Assembly (NCBI GenBank): GCA_963677435.1
Contig: OY781945.1
Location: 252,879 to 316,878 of the forward strand
DNA: 64,000 nt
Reading direction: 5' to 3'
From: an uncultured Aliarcobacter sp.
GTDB taxonomy: Bacteria; Campylobacterota; Campylobacteria; Campylobacterales; Arcobacteraceae
Both the position numbers and the translations under genes were made by a program. Under the pieces are notes generated by a model. That model was not told where the DNA came from, did not search any database, and saw only the letters and a program-made list of their open reading frames with translations. Below, piece by piece: positions 17,337 to 25,610 of the stretch (the stretch's first letter is position 1; each line of letters opens with the position of its first letter).

Positions 17337-18632
17337 ATGGAAGCAATATCAGCAAAACCTTTACAATTAAATCCAATAAAATTATCTCAACCAATGGGAG
17401 CAATGTTATGCTTCTTAGGTATAAAAAACTGCATGCCTTTAATGCACGGAGCTCAAGGGTGTGCATCATTCTCAAAAGTATTTTTCACAAGACATTTTAA
17501 TGACCCAATCGCAGTTCAAACAACAGCAGTAAATGATATTACAGCTGTTATTGATGGTGGAGATTATGCCATTAGTGAAAGTATAAAAAACATCACTGCA
17601 AAAGTAAAACCAGATTTAGTAGGACTTTTTACAACTGGTCTTACTGAAACAAAAGGTGACGACATTAAGGGTGCGAGTAAACTTGTTGAAGATATTCAAC
17701 AAATGGTTTATGTAAATACACCTGATTTTGAAGGCTCAATTGAGAGTGGATTTTCTAAATCTATTGAAGCAATAATCCAACAATTAGTTGCCTCATCAAC
17801 AGAAATCGATACAAACAAAGCTTTAATCATTCCAAATGTAAATTTAAAACCAATAGAAGTGGAAAAAATCAAAGATACAATCTCTTTATTTGGTTATGAA
17901 GTTTTTTCACTTCCAGATTTAAGTGAATCACTTGATGGTCACTTAGGATTAAAACAAGGTGCACTAACAAGTGGGGGAATATGCGTTGAAGATATAAAAA
18001 AACTTGCAACTTCTTCACTTGTTTTTACAATTGGTAAAAGTGTTGAAAAATGTGGTGAAAAAATTCTTGAAAAGAATCCAAATATAAAACTATTTCACTT
18101 TGACTCTTTAGGTGGATTAGAACAAAGTGATAAATTCTTCAAAATCTTATGCAAGGTAAAAAATATTTCTCAACCACATCCCTCAATTGTAAGATGGAGG
18201 AAAAGACACCAAGATGCACTTTTAGATACTCACTTTGTTATTGGAAGCTCAAATGTTGTAATTGCTCTTGAGCCTGACCAAGCAATAAGTGTAGCAAATA
18301 CAATCATCGAAGCAGGTGCCCATATTAAAGCTATAGTAACCACTCATAGAAATGATTTATTAGATGAAATTCCATGCGACAACCTTTTAATTGGGGATTT
18401 TGAAGATGTGGAATCATTTTTGCATGAGAGTGATTTAGTTATATCAAATTTTCATGCAGAAAGACTTGCTATTAAACACAAAAAAGCGTTGTTAGTTCGT
18501 GGTTATCCTGATTTTGAAAGCTTAGGAAACCAACTTAAAAATGACATTTTATATGAGGGAAGCTCTTATTTGCTTTTCGAATTAGCAAATTTGATAAATC
18601 ATCATAAATTAGGAGTTGAAAATGAGCATTAA
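17337..18632 (+). CDS. nifN: Nitrogenase FeMo-cofactor scaffold subunit NifN
   Basis: NPIKLSQPMGA, HGAQGCASF, TGLTETKGDDI, TPDFEGS, GYPDFESLG. Confidence 0.94.
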   Translation: MEAISAKPLQLNPIKLSQPMGAMLCFLGIKNCMPLMHGAQGCASFSKVFFTRHFNDPIAVQTTAVNDITAVIDGGDYAISESIKNITAKVKPDLVGLFTTGLTETKGDDIKGASKLVEDIQQMVYVNTPDFEGSIESGFSKSIEAIIQQLVASSTEIDTNKALIIPNVNLKPIEVEKIKDTISLFGYEVFSLPDLSESLDGHLGLKQGALTSGGICVEDIKKLATSSLVFTIGKSVEKCGEKILEKNPNIKLFHFDSLGGLEQSDKFFKILCKVKNISQPHPSIVRWRKRHQDALLDTHFVIGSSNVVIALEPDQAISVANTIIEAGAHIKAIVTTHRNDLLDEIPCDNLLIGDFEDVESFLHESDLVISNFHAERLAIKHKKALLVRGYPDFESLGNQLKNDILYEGSSYLLFELANLINHHKLGVENEH

Positions 18633-18999
18633 TCCAACTTTACAACTGGTTCCATTTACAAGCGTAAAAATGTTAAATGAAACAATGAAATTAATAGGAA
18701 TGCCAAGACTAAATGCACAAATCATCATTACATTACCAAATATTGATGAATTTAATGAGCAAATAAGAAATAGCATTCACTGTTCAAAAAATGATATTGA
18801 GTGTTTTATCATAACATCAAGTTCAAAAGAAGAAATAAAAAATGTTCTAGATAAATTTGAGTTAAATGAAACAATGGTATCTAATGATTTTAAATCATTT
18901 GCAAAAATATTTAATCTAAAAGACAATGAGAATAAATTAATAAAATCTTTAATAATGATAAATAAAGATTGTCAAATAATACACAAGGAAATTTTATAG
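18622..18999 (+). CDS. Redoxin/Tpx-fold-like protein (short, lacks peroxidatic Cys), paralogue of the next gene
   Basis: Aligns with 19000-19521 (KLIGM..AQIIITL / KVIGL..VQVMITL; IITSS; SNDFK.F); AGGAG RBS before ATG 18622. Confidence 0.6.
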   Translation: MSINPTLQLVPFTSVKMLNETMKLIGMPRLNAQIIITLPNIDEFNEQIRNSIHCSKNDIECFIITSSSKEEIKNVLDKFELNETMVSNDFKSFAKIFNLKDNENKLIKSLIMINKDCQIIHKEIL

Positions 19000-19521
19000 A
19001 TGGAAGTTACATACAAAAATAAGGCTTATACTCTAGGTAAAAAAGAAAGAGTTGTAGAGGGTGAAGCACCAGCAGTTAGAGTAAAAATGGTTAATAATGA
19101 AGATAAAGTAATTGGTTTAATGGCTCCTGCTGTTCAAGTTATGATTACATTAAATGATATTAGTAAATACAACAGTAAAGTACATGAAGTAATAAATACA
19201 ACAAAAAGAAAAGTTTATTCATATATTATTACTTCAAGTGATCAAGAACAAATCGAAGATGTTGCAGAGAAATTTGCTTTAGAAAAAGATTTTATTTCAA
19301 ATGATTTCAAAGATTTTTCACTTAAATTTGGTGTAAATATTGATGATTCAATGCTTGCAAATTCAATCTTTGTTATCGACAAAGAGGGAGTTATAAAATA
19401 TAAAGAGATTCCAAGAGATTTAGAAGAAGATTTTAAAGTAGATGATTTTTCTGTTACTTTAAATGAAGTTGTAAATTTTAAACCAACAGGTCACACTCAT
19501 GAAAACTGGATGGGTGTTTGA
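19000..19521 (+). CDS. Tpx (thiol peroxidase)-fold protein with no cysteine
   Basis: M.VTYK..AYTL.K....VEGEAP and SIFVIDKEGVIKYKEI match Tpx N- and C-terminal patterns; zero Cys. Confidence 0.7.
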   Translation: MEVTYKNKAYTLGKKERVVEGEAPAVRVKMVNNEDKVIGLMAPAVQVMITLNDISKYNSKVHEVINTTKRKVYSYIITSSDQEQIEDVAEKFALEKDFISNDFKDFSLKFGVNIDDSMLANSIFVIDKEGVIKYKEIPRDLEEDFKVDDFSVTLNEVVNFKPTGHTHENWMGV

Positions 19522-19522
19522 T

Positions 19523-19966
19523 ATGACAACTCTATTAAAAGAGTGGCTTATACAAAATGAATATCCAATTGATGATTTAAATGCAGTTGGAAAATATGGA
19601 AATTCACCACTTATGAAAGCAAGCAGAGAAGCTAATATCATAATAGTTGATGAATTATTATCTTTAAATGCAGATTTAAATATCAAAAATGTAGATGGAA
19701 ATTCAGCACTTTGGAATGCCTGTTTTGGTAACTCTTATGAGTGTTTCGAAGCATTAGTTCGTGCGGGAATTGATATAGATTCACAAAATGTAAATGATGT
19801 GACTGCATTAATGTATTGTGCAAGTGCTGGAAAAGAAGATTTTGTTGAATTACTTTTAAAATATAATGCACGCACTGATTTTGAAAGCTTAGATGGATTT
19901 AAAGCAATCGATTTAGCTGTAACTCCTAAAATTGTAAAACTACTAAAAAATGCAAATTTATCATGA
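19523..19966 (+). CDS. Ankyrin repeat protein
   Basis: GNSPLMKA, GNSALWNAC, TALMYCA...GK..FVELLLKYNA repeats; probable start ATG 19523. Confidence 0.9.
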   Translation: MTTLLKEWLIQNEYPIDDLNAVGKYGNSPLMKASREANIIIVDELLSLNADLNIKNVDGNSALWNACFGNSYECFEALVRAGIDIDSQNVNDVTALMYCASAGKEDFVELLLKYNARTDFESLDGFKAIDLAVTPKIVKLLKNANLS

Positions 19967-21203
19967 TCAAACTGATATAAATCAAAAGAAGTTTTTTAAT
20001 CAAGCAAACTTTATAGATTACAGAACTCAACCAAGAGCTTATAAAAAATATCCTCATTTTTATCAAAGATTTAATCTTGATGATTATGAGGAGTTAAAAT
20101 TTATAAAAAACTTTGGAAAAATCACCGCAACAAAAGCCTATGGAAAAGAAAAAGTTGATTTAAGAGCAAATCCAAGTGCTGGAGGATTATATCCTTGTGA
20201 GATTTATATTCAAATTCGAGCTGTGAAAGGTTTTGTAAGTGGGATATATCATTATGAAGCACTTGAAAACACTCTTACATTAATCCATGAGTTAAGTAAT
20301 GATGGAGTTGAATTTTATTTTAAAGAGAAAGTTCAAAGAAAATTTGTAATTTTAATCTCAAATGCCTATTTTAGAACTGTTTGGAAATATGAAAAACGAG
20401 CAATAAGATACTTATTACTTGATACTGGTCACCAATTAGGTTCAATTGTTTCTGCTTTAGAATTAACAGATTTAGAATATGAGATTGATTTTAATTTTGA
20501 TAAAAATAGTTTAAATGAAGAGTTTTCCTTTGATAATTATGAATCTTTTTATACAAGTATTACTGTGAAATCTGAAAAAACAATAGAAGCAAAAAAATTG
20601 CGTACACCAATAATAAATGTAAGCGCTTGTGATTATCAATTAAAAGAACCGTTTGTTGAAGAGTTTTATAAAAATTGTCAAAAAGATGAATTTGAAAAAA
20701 TATCTAATGCTAATTTATTAAAAGATATTACAAATGAAAAACTTCAAAATGCAATAAATAAGAGAAGATCAATAAGAGCTTTTACAAATGAATCTATTTT
20801 CGAAGAGGATTTTTTATTTATTACAAAAAATATTTTTGATTTTGCAAATAAATTTGGCATTGAAATATATTTTGTTAATAATAATATTCAAGGGATGAGT
20901 AAAGGTCTTTACAAAAATGTAAGCTTATTAAAACAAGGTGATTTCAAAAATAAAATGACAAATCTTGCCTTAAATCAAAAACTCTCAGGCCAAAGCTGCT
21001 TTTCACTAATTTTTACAAGTAAAGCTGGTCACAACTACTTCTATTGCTATATTCTTGCAGGTTTTATTGCTCATATTTTATATTTAAGAGCAACAACTTT
21101 GAACTTGAATTGTAGTGGAATTGGTGCTTATTTTGATGATATTTGTAAAGAGTTTTTAGAGACAAAAAACAATATTTTTTATCTTTTTGCCATAGGAAAA
21201 TAG
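19950..21203 (+). CDS. SagB/ThcOx-family (nitroreductase-fold) dehydrogenase, two domains
   Basis: RANPSAGGLYPCEIY, LLDTGH, RRSIRAF, GIGAYFDD motifs. Confidence 0.88.
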   Translation: MQIYHDQTDINQKKFFNQANFIDYRTQPRAYKKYPHFYQRFNLDDYEELKFIKNFGKITATKAYGKEKVDLRANPSAGGLYPCEIYIQIRAVKGFVSGIYHYEALENTLTLIHELSNDGVEFYFKEKVQRKFVILISNAYFRTVWKYEKRAIRYLLLDTGHQLGSIVSALELTDLEYEIDFNFDKNSLNEEFSFDNYESFYTSITVKSEKTIEAKKLRTPIINVSACDYQLKEPFVEEFYKNCQKDEFEKISNANLLKDITNEKLQNAINKRRSIRAFTNESIFEEDFLFITKNIFDFANKFGIEIYFVNNNIQGMSKGLYKNVSLLKQGDFKNKMTNLALNQKLSGQSCFSLIFTSKAGHNYFYCYILAGFIAHILYLRATTLNLNCSGIGAYFDDICKEFLETKNNIFYLFAIGK

Positions 21204-21215
21204 AATTTAATTTTA

Positions 21216-21231
21216 TGGAACACTAATTGCA
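21216..21231 (+). promoter_or_regulatory. sigma54 promoter of the nifX operon
   Basis: TGGAACACTAATTGCA, GG-N10-GC. Confidence 0.88.
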
Positions 21232-21267
21232 TATATCCTAAAAGAATATAACTTTTAGGATAGTAAG

Positions 21268-21663
21268 ATGAAAAGTATAAAAATACAAACAAACGAACCA
21301 ACAAGTGGAACTGTTAGAATTGCTTTTGCTACAAGTGATTTAGAAAATATTGACTCACACTTTGGAAGTGCAAAGCAATTTGCAGTTTATGAAGTAGGTA
21401 AAGAGACAACTACTGTTTGTGAAATCATAAAGATTGAAGATAAAGATACTGATAAAACTGTTGAATTATTAAAAGGTATAGACATTGTTTATTTTACAAA
21501 TATTGGTGCAATTGCTGCTGCCAAGATTATAAACAATGGAATATTTCCTATTAAATACAAAGATGTAGTTTCAATTGAAGAAGAAATTAAAAAATTGACA
21601 ACTATGTTAAATACAAATCCACCTCCATTTATTAAAAAAATTATTGAAAAAAAGGCTGCCTAA
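21268..21663 (+). CDS. nifX: Nitrogen fixation protein NifX
   Basis: RIAFATSD...IDSHFGSAKQFAVYEV, IGAIAAAK, NPPPFIKK; followed by the NifX-associated gene. Confidence 0.88.
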   Translation: MKSIKIQTNEPTSGTVRIAFATSDLENIDSHFGSAKQFAVYEVGKETTTVCEIIKIEDKDTDKTVELLKGIDIVYFTNIGAIAAAKIINNGIFPIKYKDVVSIEEEIKKLTTMLNTNPPPFIKKIIEKKAA

Positions 21664-21664
21664 T

Positions 21665-22096
21665 ATGGATGCTAAAAAACTATTTATTGAAACTTTAGTA
21701 GGACAAGTAAGAGCTTTAGACCAATTTGGAACTTGGGCAAGTAAAAGCAATGAAGAACTATTACAAGAAAAATATATCAGAACAAAAGAAGATTTAAAAA
21801 ATATTCCTATTATTGCGGATATTGATGAAATGCAAATCAAAGATATAAGACTTATTTTCCAAGCAGTTGCACTTGCATTTGAAAAAATAACAGGTGTTAT
21901 GGCTTCTGTTGTAATGGAAATGAGTCATGAAGGATTTGGAAGAGTTGTAGTTTTCGCAGGGAAAATTGTACTTTGTGAAAAATTCTTCAAAGATGCCCAC
22001 AGATACTCTTTTAGAGAGTATTCAAAATTAGAAGAAGAGGGTGAAAAATTTCTTCTAAATGCACAAGAAACTTACGAAAAGTATAAAAACATTTAA
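21665..22096 (+). CDS. NifX-associated nitrogen fixation protein (DUF269-like)
   Basis: LVGQVRALDQFGTW, MSHEGFGRVVVFAG, RYSFREYSKL.EEG; start ATG 21665. Confidence 0.88.
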   Translation: MDAKKLFIETLVGQVRALDQFGTWASKSNEELLQEKYIRTKEDLKNIPIIADIDEMQIKDIRLIFQAVALAFEKITGVMASVVMEMSHEGFGRVVVFAGKIVLCEKFFKDAHRYSFREYSKLEEEGEKFLLNAQETYEKYKNI

Positions 22097-22105
22097 GGAT
22101 TAAAG

Positions 22106-22621
22106 ATGTCAAGTATTGGAATATTTTGTGGAACTGCTGGTGGAACTTCAATGGCTATTGCAAAAGCACTAGCAAAAGAGTTTGATGTTGATGAAATCAT
22201 AAATATGGAAGAAGATTTTGACAATGTTGATCAACTTTTGGAATATGATGTTTTATTTTTAGGAAGTTCAACTTGGGGACAAGGTGATGTTCATCACTCT
22301 TGGGTTGATCCAATTTTAGAAATTGAATCTGATAATGTTGATTTTTCAGGAAAAACTGTTGCATTTTTTGGAGCAGGGGATTGTGTGAAACATGGAGAAC
22401 ATTTCTGTTCAGCACTAGGAAAACTTTACAAAACATTCACAAAAGCTGGAGCAAATGCAGTTGGATTTGTTCCATTAGATGGATATAAATATGAGTTCTC
22501 TTTATCTCAAATGGATGACAAACTTTGTGGTTTAGCAATTGATAACCACAATGAAAAAGCTAAGACTAAAGAGAGAATTAAAAACTGGATTGAAACATTA
22601 AAAGATGAAGTAGACTTATAA
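22106..22621 (+). CDS. Long-chain flavodoxin (NifF-like electron donor)
   Basis: GTAGGTS FMN loop, GSSTWGQG, FFGAGD, F.SALG, GLAID. Confidence 0.93.
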   Translation: MSSIGIFCGTAGGTSMAIAKALAKEFDVDEIINMEEDFDNVDQLLEYDVLFLGSSTWGQGDVHHSWVDPILEIESDNVDFSGKTVAFFGAGDCVKHGEHFCSALGKLYKTFTKAGANAVGFVPLDGYKYEFSLSQMDDKLCGLAIDNHNEKAKTKERIKNWIETLKDEVDL

Positions 22622-22635
22622 AAAAAGGATATGAA

Positions 22636-22977
22636 ATGCAAAGTGTAAATGATTTTTATAAACTAAGAGATACAGAAGATTTTTTTAATTTTTTTGATCT
22701 TGAATATGATCAAAAGTTAATTAATGTAAAAAGATTTCATATGATGAAAGAGTATGGAAGTCTAATTAAAAAAGGTCTTGATTCTATTTCAGATGAAAAT
22801 AAACTTTTAGAATTTCTAAAATTCTCACTACTTAGAGTTTATGGTGACTATAAAACTGGTCACTCTCCAAGTGCTGCTGATGTTTGGAATATGTATGAAA
22901 CTGGAAAGCTAGATGGTTGTTCATCATGTGGAACAAGTACTACAGGAACTACTCAAGGAGGAAGTTGTGGGTGTTAA
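22636..22977 (+). CDS. nifW: Nitrogenase-stabilising protein NifW with Cys-rich tail
   Basis: L.DTEDFFNFFDLEYD..LINVKRFHMMK, matching SAEDFF.FF...YD....V.RLHIL. Confidence 0.8.
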   Translation: MQSVNDFYKLRDTEDFFNFFDLEYDQKLINVKRFHMMKEYGSLIKKGLDSISDENKLLEFLKFSLLRVYGDYKTGHSPSAADVWNMYETGKLDGCSSCGTSTTGTTQGGSCGC

Positions 22978-23359
22978 TCATAAAGATATAGTTGATGCAG
23001 ATACAATTTTACACGATAGTGTAACAGCATCAAGATCAGGTAGAGATGAAGATGAACCAAAATTTGGTATAGGTCAAAAAGTAAAACTTCTTGAAGATAT
23101 AAAAAATGATGGAACTTATCCTCACGCTCCTGTGGGAACTATTATGGTTCAAGCAGGTGCCATTGGTTATATCAAATCAATTGGAGAGTTTTTACAAGTA
23201 ATCAGAGTGTATGAAGTTCATTTTTTGGATTTAAATGCTCTTATTGAAGTAGTTGGTTGCCGGGAACACGAACTATTAGCAATGGAAGATTATAGAGATG
23301 AAGTTAAAGAAGAACTTGAATTCATGAGACAACATAGAGAAAAGTATTACTCAAAATAG
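22967..23359 (+). CDS. nifZ: Nitrogen fixation protein NifZ
   Basis: PKF.IGQKV....DIKNDGTYP...G.I.V..G..GYI..IGEFLQ...Y.V.F...VGCREHEL; start GTG 22967 after AGGAGG. Confidence 0.92.
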   Translation: MGVNHKDIVDADTILHDSVTASRSGRDEDEPKFGIGQKVKLLEDIKNDGTYPHAPVGTIMVQAGAIGYIKSIGEFLQVIRVYEVHFLDLNALIEVVGCREHELLAMEDYRDEVKEELEFMRQHREKYYSK

Positions 23360-23367
23360 TTTTCATT

Positions 23368-23411
23368 CAAGCCAAGTGAAAGAGTTTAAATGAACCTTTT
23401 CACTTGGCTTG
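23368..23411 (+). other. Strong intergenic stem-loop (14-bp perfect stem) without U-tract
   Basis: CAAGCCAAGTGAAA (23368-23381) pairs with TTTCACTTGGCTTG (23398-23411). Confidence 0.8.
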
Positions 23412-23463
23412 GTGATCTTATTTTAGTAAACAAGTCTATTAAAAAGTAGTAAGGAGGAAAAGT

Positions 23464-23808
23464 ATGGCAAAAGTGATTTTTATGCATTTTGACACGGTAA
23501 CTGATGGGGTATATGATGCCAAAACTGGTGAACCAATTGTTAGGTTAGCAAAAGAGAAGAATGTACCAATTCCATTTGCAACTGATGGTGATTATTCTAA
23601 GTGTTTAATTTATGTTGAAAACTTAAGTGAAGAAGAACCAACAAGTTATATGGAAGATGAGGAGTTAGATATTTTAGTTAAACTTGGAGCAATAACTGCA
23701 AGTGAAGCTGAACAATGTCAACAATTTACAATCAGTCCAAAAGTAAGAATTGCGCCTATGATGTTAATCAAAGGTGATATTTTAGTAAAACCATTTAAAT
23801 TAAAATAA
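23464..23808 (+). CDS. 2Fe-2S ferredoxin-fold, FeSII (Shethna)-like protein lacking 3 of 4 cluster ligands
   Basis: VPIPFATDGDYSKCL and RIAPM replace IPFxCxxGxCxxCL and RLxCQ; long helical insertion; AAGGAGG RBS. Confidence 0.65.
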   Translation: MAKVIFMHFDTVTDGVYDAKTGEPIVRLAKEKNVPIPFATDGDYSKCLIYVENLSEEEPTSYMEDEELDILVKLGAITASEAEQCQQFTISPKVRIAPMMLIKGDILVKPFKLK

Positions 23809-23818
23809 GGGAAATAAG

Positions 23819-24115
23819 ATGACAACAAGAGTAGAAATCGTAAATGACTTTTTAGCAATTAATGTAAAACCAGGAAGTACAATTCAAGATGTTGTTGAAG
23901 CATCTGGTTCAGCTTTACCATTTGGTTGTAGAGATGGTGAATGTGGAACATGTTTAGTTTCAATTGAGCAAGGTATGGAATTTATCTCTGAAATCAATGA
24001 AAAAGAGAAAAAAGTTATTGCTGAAGCTGGAGCTGGGATGAATATAGAAAAAGCAAGATTATCTTGTCAAATGAAAATAGTTAAACCAAACGGTGTAATT
24101 AGAATTAAGTATTAA
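23819..24115 (+). CDS. 2Fe-2S ferredoxin
   Basis: LPFGCRDGECGTCLV...RLSCQ with all four Cys. Confidence 0.92.
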   Translation: MTTRVEIVNDFLAINVKPGSTIQDVVEASGSALPFGCRDGECGTCLVSIEQGMEFISEINEKEKKVIAEAGAGMNIEKARLSCQMKIVKPNGVIRIKY

Positions 24116-24168
24116 AAAATATACTAAGGAATGTCCAAATTCTTTTAGAATTTGGGCAAAATAATATT

Positions 24169-25416
24169 ATGGCACAAACACTTTCAATATCAACTGCTCA
24201 AAAGCAGAATTTAAATCTATCATTAAAGTTGTGGCTTCCAATGCTACAAACATCTATCCAAGATTTAGAATCGTACTTGACAAATTTGTCATACGAAAAT
24301 CCTTTTTTGGAAGTAACAAAATCAAAAGACTTTTATAGTAACTTTACCTCAAATGGCACAAGTGGAGAGTTTATTGAATCCCTAGCTTTTTATTCAAAAT
24401 CTTTGAATGATAAAATTAGTGAACAAATTGAAAATGAAGCACTATTTCCAACACCAAACTCACAAAAAGTTGCACTTGAAATCTTGTGTGATATCGATGA
24501 AAATGGATATTTTGATGGAGATATAGAAAAAATAGCAAATACTTGTAATGTATATAAAGAGTATGTAGAATCAATTAGACAAAGATTTGCAAGATTAGAA
24601 CCAAGTGGAATTGGAGCTAGAAATCTTCAAGAGTCTTTCTTATTTCAATTAGATTCATTTGATAGAAAAATTGATGATGAATTATATAATTTCACAAAAA
24701 AAATCATAAAAGATATTGCACATGTTGATAAATATGCAGGACATCATAGATTTAATGATGCAAAAGATATTATTAAATATTTTAATAATCCACCCGCAAT
24801 TGATTATATCAATGATAATGTTCAAGTTGTTCCTGATTTTTTCATAGAGATCAATGAAGACATTGATATAAAAATAAATAATGCTTATTATCCAGATATA
24901 AAAGTAAAAAATCCATTTATTACGAAAAATGAAAATATAAAAGAGAAACTAAAAGAAGCAAAAGATTTAGTAAATTTATTGAATTTACGAAAATCAACCC
25001 TTTATAAAATTGTTTTAATTATTGTTGAAAAACAGATATCTTTTTTTGTTGGAGGAGAGTTAAAACCTTTTTCTATGCAAGAAATAGCAGCTGAATTAGG
25101 ATTTGCAGAATCAACAATAAGTAGGGCAGTAGCAAACAAATATGTAGAATGTAACTTGGGAATTTTCCCACTTAAATTCTTTTTTTCAAATGCTGTTGAT
25201 AAGGATTTATCTTCATCACAAATTAAAAGTTATATAAAAAGTCTTGTTGATTATGAAGATAAAGAGACTCCTTTAACTGATGAATCAATATTAGAATTTA
25301 TTGAAACTAAATTTGGTTTAAAAATGGTTAGAAGAACAATTACTAAATATAGAAAGATATTAGATATACCATCTTCTAAAGAGAGAAAAAAATTATATAA
25401 GGTTGAAAATTTATAA
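24169..25416 (+). CDS. rpoN: RNA polymerase sigma-54 factor RpoN
   Basis: LKLWLPMLQ region I, ENPFLE, EPSGIGARNLQE, ESTISRAVANKY HTH, RpoN box VRRTITKYR. Confidence 0.95.
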   Translation: MAQTLSISTAQKQNLNLSLKLWLPMLQTSIQDLESYLTNLSYENPFLEVTKSKDFYSNFTSNGTSGEFIESLAFYSKSLNDKISEQIENEALFPTPNSQKVALEILCDIDENGYFDGDIEKIANTCNVYKEYVESIRQRFARLEPSGIGARNLQESFLFQLDSFDRKIDDELYNFTKKIIKDIAHVDKYAGHHRFNDAKDIIKYFNNPPAIDYINDNVQVVPDFFIEINEDIDIKINNAYYPDIKVKNPFITKNENIKEKLKEAKDLVNLLNLRKSTLYKIVLIIVEKQISFFVGGELKPFSMQEIAAELGFAESTISRAVANKYVECNLGIFPLKFFFSNAVDKDLSSSQIKSYIKSLVDYEDKETPLTDESILEFIETKFGLKMVRRTITKYRKILDIPSSKERKKLYKVENL

Positions 25417-25610
25417 ATTCTTCACTTAATACATATACACTAAAATACCAATAAAAAAATAATATTTTAATGATATTTAAGATATTAATTATTTTTTTAC
25501 TATAAAATAAAAAATGATACCATTTTAATACACTTTATCACTATTATTTTAAAATAACATTATCATTAAGATGATACTCATTTTAATAATAATAATTCAA
25601 GGAGATTATT

